Source: Macrostomum hystrix (lineage: Eukaryota > Animalia > Platyhelminthes). From it: a DNA stretch of 64,000 nt. Positions 1-13,551 of the stretch are shown here, one piece after another (the first letter of the stretch is position 1; the number at the start of each line of letters is the position of its first letter). Under the pieces are notes generated by a model, which was not told where the DNA came from, searched no databases, and was given only the letters and a program-made list of their open reading frames with translations. Made by a program: the position numbers and the translations under genes. Location: NCBI GenBank assembly GCA_950097015.1, contig CATNEN010000024.1, positions 2,914,001 through 2,978,000 of the forward strand, written 5' to 3'.

Positions 1-1250
1 CATCTCTCTCGTGTCTCATCTCTCTCGTGTCTCATCTCTCTCGTGTCTCATCTCTCTCGTGTCTCATCTCTCTCGTGTCTCATCTCTCTCGTGTCTCATC
101 TCTCTCGTGTCTCATCTCTCTCGTGTCTCATCTCTCTCGTGTCTCATCTCTCTCGTGTCTCATCTCTCTCGTGTCTCATCTCTCTCGTGTCTCATCTCTC
201 TCGTGTCTCATCTCTCTCGTGTCTCATCTCTCTCGTGTCTCATCTCTCTCGTGTCTCATCTCCCCTGTGTCTCATTTCTCTCGTGTCTCATCTCTCTCGT
301 GTCTCATCTCTTTCGTGTCTCATCTCTCTCGTGTCTCATCTCTTTCGTGTCTCATCTCTCTCGTGTCTCATCTCTCTCGTGTCTCATCTCTCTCGTGTCT
401 CATCTCTCTCGTGTCTCATCTCTCTCGTGTCTTATCTCTCTCGTGTCTCATTTCTCTCGTGTCTCATCTCTCTCGTGTCTCATCTCTTTCGTGTCTCATC
501 TCTCTCGTGTCTCATCTCCCCCGTGTCTCGGTTCTGCGGTGTCTCATCTCCCCTGTGTCTCATCTCTCTCGTGTCTCATCTCCCCCGTGTCTCGGTTCTG
601 CGGTGTCTCATCTCCCCCGTGTCTCGGTTCTGCGGTGTCTCATCTTCCCTGTGTCTCATCTCTCTCGTGTCTCATCTCCCCTGTGTCTCATTTCTCTCGT
701 GTCTCATCTCTCTCGTGTCTCATCTCTTTCGTGTCTCATCTCTCTCGTGTCTCATCTCTTTCGTGTCTCATCTCTCTCGTGTCTCATCTCTCTCGTGTCT
801 CATCTCTCTCGTGTCTCATCTCTCTCGTGTCTCATCTCTCTCGTGTCTTATCTCTCTCGTGTCTCATCTCTCTCGTGTCTCATCTCTCTCGTGTCTCATC
901 TCTCTCGTGTCTCATCTCTCTCGTGTCTCATCTCTCTCGTGTCTCATCTCTCTCGTGTCTCATCTCTCTCGTGTCTCATCTCTCTCGTGTCCCATCTCCC
1001 CTGTGTCTCATCTCTCTCGTGTCTCATCTCTCTCGTGTCTCATCTCTCTCGTGTCTCATCTCTCTCGTGTCTCATCTCTCTCGTGTCTCATCTCTCTCGT
1101 GTCCCATCTCCCCTGTGTCTCATCTCTCTCGTGTCTCATCTCTCTCGTGTCTCATCTCTCTCGTGTCTCATCTCTCTCGTGTCTCATCTCTCTCGTGTCT
1201 CATCTCTCTCGTGTCCCATCTCCCCTGTGTCTCATCTCTCTCGTGTCTCT
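1..1250. repeat. Minisatellite, 16-bp unit CATCTCTCTCGTGTCT (runs off the window start)
   Basis: Directly visible tandem array; it explains the three overlapping SHLSRVSSLSCLISLV ORFs. Confidence 0.98.
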
Positions 1251-2654
1251 ATTCTCTCCCGTTCATTTCGATTCTGTCAAATCGGCTTTCATCTCTTTAG
1301 TCCGTGAGGCATGTAGATTTTCGACCCCTGATTTAGAAGCTCATCAGCGCATACAAGACAGTCAGATTAGAGATTATCCTATCTTGCCTTAAGGTGCAAA
1401 AGGAACGAGCCGGAAAAAACCTGACGTGGACTAGGAAGACAGTTGCTTGGTGTTTCAGAAATTTAATTGCGCACCAGGTGGCAGTTTGAGAATGCGAGTT
1501 CAGATTCTGCTTTAAATTAGAGTTGATTCGGCTCCGAGCAATGGAGGCTCATCGTTCGCTTTTAGCTGCACCTGAGCGACTAATCAGCGAAATGCTGTAG
1601 GAAGCGAATGCTTGCGAATTTTAGTACAGGTGTTTTTTAGCGATTCATTCATGATAATGAAGTGAAATCCAGTGACTTCTAGCAGGAGTTTCTTTACGGA
1701 ATGCATGCAATTTTTTAGTTCATAAAGTCCCGCATTAATGGATTATTTTAGAGAAAAAAATCCTGAGGACGCATGCAGCAAAATGAACTCCAAATTTGAG
1801 GCGGCTTGATTGGCGGAGCGGTGCGTTGATGAGTCCGACTCTCGCAACAAAAATATGGCCCTGAGCTCGATTCCACGGCGAGATTCCGCGTAGAGAATGT
1901 CTGACGGTCTGAAGATGAAAAAATTATAGTGTTGATGCACTAGCTCACACCTGTGAGAATGACTATCGCAAAAATAATGCACGAATGAACCCCGAAACCG
2001 CGCACTTTTTGAAGATTTTCTATAGTTTGAAAATTAATGAACCACCAATTAAACTAAAAGCATTTTTCGACAAAGTAACATTTTTGTTAAAAAACTATTC
2101 CACGCAAATTAATTTAAAAAAATCAAGCACAGCTCAGGGTGACGGGTTGCCTGAGCATGAAAAAGTGCATCCGGTGCAAAATAATTTGTAAGGCCTCCAA
2201 ATAGCACTGATTCAAGTGTCATTGCGCCCAGCAGCTTGACTGGCCAAGCTAACCAGTGTTTGCCCCGGCTAAACACAGGCGCCAATTGTATCCATTTCAG
2301 AATCGGGCCATCACAAGGTGACGCACTTCTATGCAAACAGACTGTCCGGCATGCGAGGCAAACATTATCGGATTGTTTGTTGGAATGGCTGCGAAATCTG
2401 CAGTAAAATTAAATCTGGTCGTTTTTAGTCGGCACTCCATTGAGAATAAGTTCATACAGCGGAACTTACCGGATTGCAAAAAACGACACAAAGATGTGTC
2501 GCAGGGACAGCCTTGATCCGTAGATGATAAAACATGCACGTTAGTAATGTCTAGCGGATGTAAATAGACAGGTATGTGAAATTTCACAACTAAATGGCTG
2601 CACTAGAGGATTGGTTGGTTGGTATTGGTTTGATTGGTTGGATCGGTTCGTAAA

Positions 2655-5600
2655 GACAGCCAATCCCTAAACTGATGGGGGGCGTGTGAGAGTGTAGAGA
2701 CAGCCAATCCCTAAACTGATGGAGGGTGTGAGTGTAGAGACAGCCAATCGCTAAACTGGAGGAGGGTGTGTGTGAGTGTAGAGACAGCCAATCCCTAAGC
2801 TAGAGGAGGGTGTGTGTGAGTGTAGAGACAGCCAATCCCTAAGCTAGAGGAGGGTGTGTGTGAGTGTAGAGACAGCCAATCGCTAAACTGGAGGAGGGTG
2901 TGTGTGAGTGTAGAGACAGCCAATCCCTAAGCTGGAGGAGGGTGTGTGTGAGTGTAGAGACAGCCAATCCCTAAGCTGGAGGAGGGTGTGTGTGAGTGTA
3001 GAGACAGCCAATCCCTAAGCTGGAGGAGAGTGTGTGAGTGTAGAGACAGCCAATCCCTAAGCTGGAGGAGGGTGTGTGTGAGTGTAGAGACAGCCAATCC
3101 CTAAACTGATGGAGGGTGTGTGTGAGTGTAGAGACAGCCAATCGCTAAACTGATGGAGGGTGTGTGTGAGTCTAGAGACAGCCAATCCCTAAGCTGGAGG
3201 AGGGTGTGTGTGAGTGTAGAGACAGCCAATCCCTAAGCTGGAGAAGGGTGTGTGTGAGTGTAGTGTCAGCCAATCCCTAAGCTGGAGGAGGGTGTGTGAG
3301 TGTTGAGACAGCCAATCCCTAAGCTGGAGGAGAGTGTGTCTGAGTGTAGTGTCAGCCAATCCCTAAGCTGGAGGAGGGTGTGTGAGTGTTGAGACAGCCA
3401 ATCCCTAAACTGGATTAGGGTGTGTGTGAGTGTAGAGACAGCCAATCCCTAAGCTGGAGGAGGGTGTGTGTGAGTGTAGAGACAGCCAATCCCTAAGCTG
3501 GAGGAGGGTGTGTGTGAGTGTAGAGACAGCCAATCCCTAAGCTGGAGGAGGGTGTGTGTGAGTGTAGAGACAGCCAATCGCTAAACTGGAGGAGGGTGTG
3601 TGTGAGTGTAGAGACAGCCAATCGCTAAACTGGAGGAGGGTGTGTGTGAGTGTAGAGACAGCCAATCCCTAAGCTAGAGGAGGGTGTGTGTGAGTGTAGA
3701 GACAGCCAATCCCTAAGCTAGAGGAGGGTGTGTGTGAGTGTAGAGACAGCCAATCGCTAAACTGGAGGAGGGTGTGTGTGAGTGTAGAGACAGCCAATCC
3801 CTAAGCTGGAGGAGGGTGTGTGTGAGTGTAGAGACAGCCAATCCCTAAGCTGGAGGAGGGTGTGTGTGAGTGTAGAGACAGCCAATCCCTAAGCTGGAGG
3901 AGAGTGTGTGAGTGTAGAGACAGCCAATCCCTAAGCTGGAGGAGGGTGTGTGTGAGTGTAGAGACAGCCAATCCCTAAACTGATGGAGGGTGTGTGTGAG
4001 TGTAGAGACAGCCAATCGCTAAACTGATGGAGGGTGTGTGTGAGTCTAGAGACAGCCAATCCCTAAGCTGGAGGAGGGTGTGTGTGAGTGTAGAGACAGC
4101 CAATCCCTAAGCTGGAGAAGGGTGTGTGTGAGTGTAGTGTCAGCCAATCCCTAAGCTGGAGGAGGGTGTGTGAGTGTTGAGACAGCCAATCCCTAAGCTG
4201 GAGGAGAGTGTGTCTGAGTGTAGTGTCAGCCAATCCCTAAGCTGGAGGAGGGTGTGTGAGTGTTGAGACAGCCAATCCCTAAACTGGATTAGGGTGTGTG
4301 TGAGTGTAGAGACAGCCAATCCCTAAGCTGGAGGAGGGTGTGTGTGAGTGTAGAGACAGCCAATCCCTAAGCTGGAGGAGGGTGTGTGTGAGTGTAGAGA
4401 CAGCCAATCCCTAAGCTGGAGGAGGGTGTGTGTGAGTGTAGAGACAGCCAATCGCTAAACTGGAGGAGGGTGTGTGTGAGTGTAGAGACAGCCAATCGCT
4501 AAACTGGAGGAGGGTGTGTGTGAGTGTAGAGACAGCCAATCCCTAAGCTGGAGGAGGGTGTGTGTGAGTGTAGAGACAGCCAATCGCTAAACTGGATTAG
4601 GGTGTGTGAGAGTGTAGTGTCAGCCAATCCCTAAGCTGGAGGAGGGTGTGTGAGTTTAGAGACAGCCAATCCCTAAGCTCGAGGAGGGTGTGTGTGAGTG
4701 TAGAGACAGCCAATCGCTAAACTGGATTAGGGTGTGTGTGAGTGTAGAGACAGCCAATCCCTAAGCTGGAGGAGGGTGTGTGTGAGTGTAGAGACAGCCA
4801 ATCCCTAAGCTGGAGGAGGGTGTGTGTGAGTGTAGAGAAAGCCAATCCCTAAGCTGGAGGAGGGTGTCTGAGTGTAGAGACAGCCAATCCCTAAGCTGGA
4901 GGAGGGTGTCTGAGTGTAGAGACAGCCAATCCCTAAGCTGGAGGAGGGTGTGTGTGAGTGTAGAGACAGCCAATCCCTAAGCTGGAGAAGGGTGTGTGTG
5001 AGTGTAGTGTCAGCCAATCCCTAAGCTGGAGGAGGGTGTGTGAGTGTTGAGACAGCCAATCCCTAAGCTGGAGGAGGGTGTGTCTGAGTGTAGTGTCAGC
5101 CAATCCCTAAGCTGGAGGAGGGTGTGTGAGTTTAGAGACAGCCAATCCCTAAGCTGGAGGAGGGTGTGTGTGAGTGTAGAGACAGCCAATCGCTAAACTG
5201 GATTAGGGTGTGTGTGAGTGTAGAGACAGCCAATCCCTAAGCTGGAGGAGGGTGTGTGTGAGTGTAGAGACAGCCAATCCCTAAGCTGGAGGAGGGTGTG
5301 TGTGAGTGTAGAGACAGCCAATCCCTAAGCTGGAGGAGGGTGTCTGAGTGTAGAGACAGCCAATCCCTAAGCTGGAGGAGGGTGTCTGAGTGTAGAGAAA
5401 GCCAATCCCTAAGCTGGAGGAGGGTGTCTGAGTGTAGAGACAGCCAATCCCTAAGCTGGAGAAGGGTGTGTGTGAGTGTAGTGTCAGCCAATCCCTAAGC
5501 TGGAGGAGGGTGTGTGAGTGTTGAGACAGCCAATCCCTAAGCTGGAGGAGGGTGTGTCTGAGTGTAGTGTCAGCCAATCCCTAAGCTGGAGGAGGGTGTG

Positions 5601-7145
5601 TGAGTTTAGAGACAGCCAATCCCTAAGCTGGAGGAGGGTGTGTGTGAGTGTAGAGACAGCCAATCGCTAAACTGGATTAGGGTGTGTGTGAGTGTAGAGA
5701 CAGCCAATCCCTAAGCTGGAGGAGGGTGTGTGTGAGTGTAGAGACAGCCAATCCCTAAGCTGGAGGAGGGTGTGTGTGAGTGTAGAGACAGCCAATCCCT
5801 AAGCTGGAGGAGGGTGTGTGTGAGTGTAGAGAAAGCCAATCCCTAAGCTGGAGGAGGGTGTCTGAGTGTAGAGACAGCCAATCCCTAAGCTGGAGGAGGG
5901 TGTCTGAGTGTAGAGACAGCCAATCCCTAAGCTGGAGGAGGGTGTGTGTGAGTGTAGAGACAGCCAATCCCTAAGCTGGAGAAGGGTGTGTGTGAGTGTA
6001 GTGTCAGCCAATCCCTAAGCTGGAGGAGGGTGTGTGAGTGTTGAGACAGCCAATCCCTAAGCTGGAGGAGGGTGTGTCTGAGTGTAGTGTCAGCCAATCC
6101 CTAAGCTGGAGGAGGGTGTGTGAGTTTAGAGACAGCCAATCCCTAAGCTGGAGGAGGGTGTGTGTGAGTGTAGAGACAGCCAATCGCTAAACTGGATTAG
6201 GGTGTGTGTGAGTGTAGAGACAGCCAATCCCTAAGCTGGAGGAGGGTGTGTGTGAGTGTAGAGACAGCCAATCCCTAAGCTGGAGGAGGGTGTGTGTGAG
6301 TGTAGAGACAGCCAATCCCTAAGCTGGAGGAGGGTGTCTGAGTGTAGAGACAGCCAATCCCTAAGCTGGAGGAGGGTGTCTGAGTGTAGAGAAAGCCAAT
6401 CCCTAAGCTGGAGGAGGGTGTCTGAGTGTAGAGACAGCCAATCCCTAAGCTGGAGGAGGGTGTCTGAGTGTAGAGACAGCCAATCGCTAAACTGGATTAG
6501 GGTGTGTGTGAGTGTAGAGACAGCCAATCCCTAAGCTGGAGGAGGGTGTGTGTGAGTGTAGAGACAGCCAATCCCTAAGCTGGAGGAGGGTGTGTGTGAG
6601 TGTAGAGACAGCCAATCCCTAAGCTGGAGAAGGGTGTGTGTGAGTGTAGTGTCAGCCAATCCCTAAGCTGGAGGAGGGTGTGTGTGAGTGTAGAGACAGC
6701 CAATCCCTAAGCTGGAGGAGAGTGTGTGAGTGTAGAGACAGCCAATCCCTAAGCTGGAGGAGGGTGTGTGTGAGTGTAGAGACAGCCAATCCCTAAGCTG
6801 GAGGAGGGTGTGTGTGAGTGTAGAGACAGCCAATCCCTAAGCTGGAGGAGGGTGTGTGTGAGTGTAGAGACAGCCAATCCCTAAGCTGGAGGAGGGTGTG
6901 TGTGAGTGTAGAGACAGCCAATCCCTAAGCTGGAGGAGGGTGTGTGTGAGTGTAGAGACAGCCAATCCCTAAGCTGGAGGAGGGTGTGTGTGAGTGTAGA
7001 GACAGCCAATCGCTAAACTGGAGGAGGGTGTGTGTGAGTGTAGAGACAGCCAATCCCTAAGCTGGAGGAGGGTGTCTGAGTGTAGAGACAGCCAATCCCT
7101 AAGCTGGAGGAGGGTGTCTGAGTGTAGAGACAGCCAATCGCTGAA
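2655..7145. repeat. Minisatellite, ~40-44-bp unit GAGACAGCCAATCCCTAAGCTGGAGGAGGGTGTGTGTGAGTGTA, with higher-order duplications
   Basis: About 4.5 kb array. Variant blocks recur at ~840-bp and 994-bp offsets (identical ORFs at 4761/5755 and 4805/5799). Confidence 0.98.
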
Positions 7146-7744
7146 CTGGAGGATTGAGCGGTTTTATGGAAAGCGCAGGACACTTTAAGACAGGCACTTT
7201 AACCCGGCCGCCTGTTCCCAACGGAAATTTCTACTTTGATCGATCGAATTGAACAGAGATTTCAGTCAGAATATCCAAATTAGAAGCTGCATTGAAGGTG
7301 ATTGAACAGCAGGTGACAGCAGGTTGAGAAGCTTTGAACTCAACTGCCCTGATATGCCGTGAAAGGCAACTGCGCCTCTCTGTTTATGAATTTCTAGGAG
7401 CGTAGCAGAGAGGGAATACTAGTCAAGATAATTTATTCAGGAAAATATGAAACTCGTCCTATGAAATATTCTTTCATGCTTTACCCCTGTGCCATACATT
7501 TCGAAAAAGCATAAATACTCATGGATGCTTAAAAAATAAAGAAATAACTTGAAGACTAAACAAATTAGTTCAAAGGCTCCTTCCTATATTGAAAATAATT
7601 TGGGAATAAGGTGTTTTTGATGGGCGAATCTCATTACTGATTTCGCAATAGGGTGGCTGTCAGTATAGTCTTTGAGAATCAGGGCCGCTGTCTTTTAGGG
7701 AGTGTACAGTTAAAGTAGTTTTTAGACTATAGAGAGTAAAATCA

Positions 7745-9840
7745 GGGTGGTTGTCAGTCTATGTAGTGTAGAATTGGGGTGGTTGTCAGTCTATGTAGTG
7801 TAAAACTGGGGTGGTTGTCAGTCTATGGAGTGTAAAACTGGGGTGGTTGTCAGTCTATGTAGTGTAGAATTGGGGTGGTTGTCAGTCTATGTAGTGTAAA
7901 ACTGGGTTGGTTGTCAGTCTATGTAGTGTAAAATCGGGGTGGTTGTCAGTCTATGTAGTGTAAAACTGGGGTGGTTGTCAGTCTATGTAGTGTAGAATTG
8001 GGTTGGTTGTCAGTCTATGGAGTGTAAAACTGGGGTGGTTGTCAGTCTATGTAGTGTAAAACTGGGTTGGTTGTCAGTCTATGTAGTGTAAAACTGGGGT
8101 GGTTGTCAGTCTATGTAGTGTAAAATTGGGTTGGTTGTCAGTCTATGTAGTGTAAAACTGGGGTGGTTGTCAGTCTATGTAGTGTAAAACTGGGGTGGTT
8201 GTCAGTCTATGTAGTGTAAAACTGGGGTGGTTGTCAGTCTATGTAGTGTAAAATCGGGGTGGTTGTTAGTCTATGTAGTGTAAAACTGGGTTGGTTGTCA
8301 GTCTATGTAGTGTAAAACTGGGGTGGTTGTCAGTCTATGTAGTGTAGAATTGGGGTGGTTGTCAGTCTATGTAGTGTAAAATCGGGGTGGTTGTCAGTCT
8401 ATGTAGTGTAAAACTGGGGTGGTTGTCAGTCTATGTAGTGTAAAACTGGGGTGGTTGTCAGTCTATGGAGTGTAAAACTGGGGTGGTTGTCAGTCTATGT
8501 AGTGTAAAACTGGGGTGGTTGTCAGTCTATGTAGTGTAAAATTGGGGTGGTTGTCAGTCTATGTAGTGTAAAACTGGGGTAGTTGTCAGTCTATGTAGTG
8601 TAAAACTGGGGTGGTTGTCAGTCTATGTAGTGTAAAACTGGAGTGGTTGTCAGTCTATGTAGTGTAAAACTGGGGTGGTTGTCAGTCTATGTAGTGTAAA
8701 ACTGGGGTGGTTGTCAGTCTATGTAGTGTAAAATCGGGGTGGTTGTCAGTCTATGGAGTGTAAAACTGGGGTGGTTGTCAGTCTATGTAGTGTGGAATCG
8801 GGGTGGTTGTCAGTCTATGTAGTGTAAAACTAGGGTGGTTGTCAGTCTATGTAGTGTAAAACTGGGGTGGTTGTCAGTCTATGTAGTGTAAAACTGGGGT
8901 GGTTGTCAGTCTATGTAGTGTAAAATCGGGGTGGTTGTCAGTCTATGTAGTGTAGAATTGGGGTGGTTGTCAGTCTATGTAGTGTAAAACTGGGGTGGTT
9001 GTCAGTCTATGTAGTGTAGAATTGGGGTGGTTGTCAGTCTATGTAGTGTAAAACTGGGGTGGTTGTCGTCTATGTAGTGTAGAATCGGGGTGGTTGTCAG
9101 TCTATGTAGTGTAAAATCGGGGTGGTTGTCAGTCTATGTAGTGTAAAATCGGGGTGGTTGTCAGTCTATGTAGTGTAAAACTGGGGTGGTTGTCAGTCTA
9201 TGTAGTGTAAAACTGGGGTGGTTGTCAGTCTATGTAGTGTAAAACTGGGGTGGTTGTCAGTCTATGTAGTGTAAAATCGGGGTGGTTGTCAGTCTATGTA
9301 GTGTAGAATTGGGGTGGTTGTCAGTCTATGTAGTGTAAAACTGGGGTGGTTGTCAGTCTATGTAGTGTAGAATTGGGGTGGTTGTCAGTCTATGTAGTGT
9401 AAAACTGGGGTGGTTGTCAGTCTATGTAGTGTAAAATCGGGGTGGTTGTCAGTCTATGTAGTGTAAAACTGGGGTGGTTGTCAGTCTATGTAGTGTAAAA
9501 CTGGGGTGGTTGTCAGTCTATGTAGTGTAAAATCGGGGTGGTTGTCAGTCTATGTAGTGTAGAATTGGGGTGGTTGTCAGTCTATGGAGTGTAAAACTGA
9601 TGTGGTTGTCAGCCTATGTAGTGTAAAATTGGGGTGGTTGTCAGTCTATGTAGTGTAGAATTGGGGTGGTTGTCAGTCTATGGAGTGTAAAACTGATGTG
9701 GTTGTCAGTCTATGTAGTGTAAAATTGGGGTGGTTGTCAGTCTATGTAGTGTAGAATTGGGGTGGTTGTCAGTCTATGTAGTGTAGAATTGGGGTGGTTG
9801 TCAGTCTATGGAGTGTAAAACTGGGGTGGTTGTCAGCCTA
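7745..9840. repeat. Minisatellite, 32-bp unit ACTGGGGTGGTTGTCAGTCTATGTAGTGTAAA
   Basis: Directly visible tandem array. Confidence 0.98.
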
Positions 9841-10379
9841 TGAAGTTGTGGTGGCTGTTTTCAGGAATTCATTTGAACCTCAGCATGGGAAAAAGAAGTA
9901 CTTAGCTGACATTGTTCTAATGCTTCAAGCATTTAAAAAGCCATTGAAGTACACGGTGTTTGCGAAACGTCTATTGTAAAAATGCTTCTGGGAACCATTC
10001 AGAAAAAGAACTGATCGCTCGCCGACTCCTTTTATCATTTTTTAAAGTGCAAAGTTGAGCCTGACATTGTAGTTAGGCTCGAACAAAACAAATGTAGTGC
10101 GGTGAAGCATACGACTTTAGGCGCATGTGCATCAGGTAGTGGAAAACACCGGCTAGTGATAGGAACGTTTTGGTAAATTTTGGGGATTAGCAGAAACGCT
10201 TAGATGATTAGGGCCTTAAGTCACTCATATAATCTGCCATATAATCTCGTATTTTGCACAGTTTGCTACTTACAGTAGTATAAATAGAATAGAAAGTTGT
10301 TCAACTGCATCTAGCCAACTAAGCCTCTTGTTTTTTATTTCTGATGAGTTATTGAAATAATATTGATGGACTTTATTCA

Positions 10380-11600
10380 ACGACAGTTGACGACTGGGTT
10401 GGTGTCTATCAACGGTAGTTGAGGACTGGGTTGGTGTCTATCAACGGTAGTTGAGGACTGGGTTGGTGTCTATCAACGGTTGTTGAGGATTAGGTTGGTG
10501 TCTATCTACGGTTGTTGAGGATTGGGTTGGTGTCTATCTACGACAGTTGACGACTGGGTTGGTGTCTATCAACGACAGTTGACGACTGGGTTGGTGTTTA
10601 TCTACGGCAGTTGAGGACTGGGTTGGTGTCTATCAACGGTAGTTGAGGACTGGGTTGGTGTCTATCTACGGCAGTTGAGGACTGGGTTGGTGTCTATCTA
10701 CGGCAGTTGAGGACTGGGTTGGTGTCTATCTACGGCAGTTGACGACTGGGTTTGTGTCTATCAACGGTAGTTGAGGACTGGGTTGGTGTCTTCAATGGTA
10801 GTTGAGGACTGGGTTGGTGTCTATCTACGGCAGTTGACGACTGGGTTTGTGTCTATCAACGGTAGTTGAGGACTGGGTTGGTGTCTATCTACGGCAGTTG
10901 ACGACTGGGTTTGTGTCTATCAACGGTAGTTGACGACTGGGTTGGTGTCTATCAACGGTAGTTGACGACTGGGTTGGTGTCTATCAACGGTAGTTGAGGA
11001 CTGGGTTGGTGTTTATCTACGGCAGTTGAGGACTGGGTTGGTGTCTATCAACGGTAGTTGAGGACTGGGTTGGTGTTTATCTACGGTAGTTAAGGATTGG
11101 GTTGGTGTTTATCTACGGTAGTTAAGGATTGGGTTGGTGTTTATCTACGGCAGTTGAGGATTGGGTTGGTGTTTATCTACGGTAGTTAAGGATTGGGTTG
11201 TTGTTTATCTACGGTAGTTAAGGATTGGGTTGGTGTTTATCTACGGCAGTTGAGGATTGGGTTGGTGTTTATCTACGTCAGTTGAGGATTGGGTTGGTGT
11301 TTATCTACGGCAGTTGAGGACTGGGTTGGTGTTTATCAACGGTAGTTGACGACTGGGTTGGTGTTTATCTACGGTAGTTAAGGATTGGGTTGGTGTTTAT
11401 CTACGTCAGTTGAGGATTGGGTTGGTGTTTATCTACGGCAGTTGAGGATTGGGTTGGTGTTTATCTACGGTAGTTAAGGATTGGGTTGGTGTTTATCTAC
11501 GGTAGTTAAGGATTGGGTTGGTGTTTATCTACGGCAGTTGAGGATTGGGTTGGTGTTTATCTACGTCAGTTGAGGATTGGGTTAGTGTCTTTCTACGGTT
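10380..11600. repeat. Minisatellite, 32-bp unit ACTGGGTTGGTGTCTATCAACGGTAGTTGAGG
   Basis: Directly visible tandem array with a polarised variant gradient. Confidence 0.97.
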
Positions 11601-12374
11601 CGAGAAAAAGAGAAAAAGTTGCCGTTTTGGAGAAATTAGGAAGCCAATCACAATAAGAAAAAGTCTGGAATTAGCCCATCAGTCAAGGTCATTGTGCTCT
11701 GTCAAACGGTTGATCTGTCAACCTTAATGCCCGGAGCTTTAAGCGCATGAGGCCGCTTCCCTATTCTCTCAGAAGTCATTCCTCTTCCCTCGGAAAACAT
11801 CCTGAATATCTGCTTCAGCCGCCCGCCCTTTCCGAGACCAGCCTTGCCACTTCCCCTTTATCCCCTGCTTATAGTTTGTCAGTCTTTATTTCCCAGGCGG
11901 GATTAGGGCCCAGGAGCTCTGAGACGGGGCTAAACTTCTGGTGTGGGAAGAGAATCCGGAATCCAGATCCATTGATCCCGCTAAAGTGCGGAGAATTTAG
12001 AAAGAAACTTCTTCTAGTCGATGGGCAAGTTTTGCCATACCAAAGCTGCGGCTGCGGCATAAAGGCCAATGTTAGGCATCAGAGACAATATTGGAGAAAA
12101 AAATTGAAATGCAGACGCTTGGAATTTACTAATTAGCATAAGCCAATTTGTTTCGGCCCAGTCTCCAGTAGCGTATATAATTAGGTTAGGTAAGAATTGC
12201 ATTGATTTTCAAACTTTCCTGAAAGAAATTACCCAGTAAATTCCAGTTATAACTTAGAAAAATGAATTCTCATTTTTGCACTTCAACAGTTCACTTTTTC
12301 CTGTGCCTAAAACAAAATCCAACAATCAAGCCGACAATCAAACGTCCTGTAGTTCTTCAGTATGTCGGTCTTCT

Positions 12375-12790
12375 CACACCCTCCAGTCATTCAGTGTGTT
12401 GCTATTTTCACACCCTCCAGCCATTCAGTACGTTGTTATGTTCACACCCTCCAGCCACTCAGTGCGTTGTTATGTTCACACCCTCCAGCCATTCAGTGCG
12501 TTGTTATGTTCACACCCTCCAGCCATTCAGTGCGTTGTTATGTTCACACCCTCCAGCCACTCAGTGCGTTGTTATGTTCACACCCTCCAGCCATTCAGTG
12601 CGTTGTTATGTTCACACCCTCCAGCCACTCAGTGCGTTGTTATGTTCACACCCTCCAGCCATTCAGTGCGTTGTTATGTTCACACCCTCCAGCCATTCAG
12701 TGCGTTGTTATGTTCACACCCTCCAGCCATTCAATGTGTTGTTATGTTCACACCCTCCAGCCATTCAGTGCGTTGTTTTTCCCACTCAAT
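12375..12790. repeat. Minisatellite, 34-bp unit CACACCCTCCAGCCATTCAGTGCGTTGTTATGTT
   Basis: Directly visible, about 12 copies. Confidence 0.97.
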
Positions 12791-13551
12791 GTTTCATTTG
12801 GTAATCACTGTGAATCTGCTGAACTTTTTGCTGTTCTAAGATATTCTTAGAATCTCGTTGAATTTCTATTAGTCGAAAAGCCACGCGATTGATGTAGGGA
12901 TATAGTCGATGAACTGTTTGGTTGTCCAATAGATCCCAATCTGAAAGCTTTACTGTGTAGTTTTGAAATAACTCGAGCGCTCTATTTTCAATGAGGTCAA
13001 TGACCAATGGACATCAAAAATAGCTTTTGCGCTGTCTATTGACAATGCTGTAGATTACAATGCAATAATTTTTTATATCTGTAGCGATCAAACTACATGT
13101 ACACGCATGTACACAAAAAGCATGTTGCAGTCTTAGGTCAAAGCATATTTAAAGTACAAATTTCACGTACTTTGCATCGGAGAATAAAAGAGCCTGATAA
13201 AATCGCGGTGGTTCCAAAGGGCCGTGTACTTCTTTAGTCCGTGGACTTGGAAAGCTGCCACATACGTCAAATTTCTACCCCAGCAGATTCTGATCACAGA
13301 CGGTTGACTTGAAGCAATTGGGAAATAAGTGTCTTGCTTAAGAACACAGATTGATTTGAGCCCCAATAGTTAAACCCACACCGATCTAAAAATATTGTTC
13401 TTTTAAATCCATAAACATCTACGGCCTAATTGGGTGGCTGGGACGGACCAATGCGTCACAACTCACTAATCGCCAATGAACTACCGGTATTCTAGTGTCC
13501 GTCTATCACTTCACAATGTCCTTCGGAGTGTCAGACCCCCAGGCGTTGTGG

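Noticed and set aside
11-1392. Three overlapping 426-449-aa ORFs
   Set aside because: They are translations of a stop-free 16-bp minisatellite in all three frames, not a protein.
7745-11600. 32-bp regular repeats as CRISPR arrays
   Set aside because: There are no unique spacers and no cas genes, and the context is eukaryotic and spliced.
11747-12202. 129-aa ORF and overlapping minus-strand ORFs as a gene
   Set aside because: No recognisable motifs or consistent splice structure; possibly a decayed mobile element.
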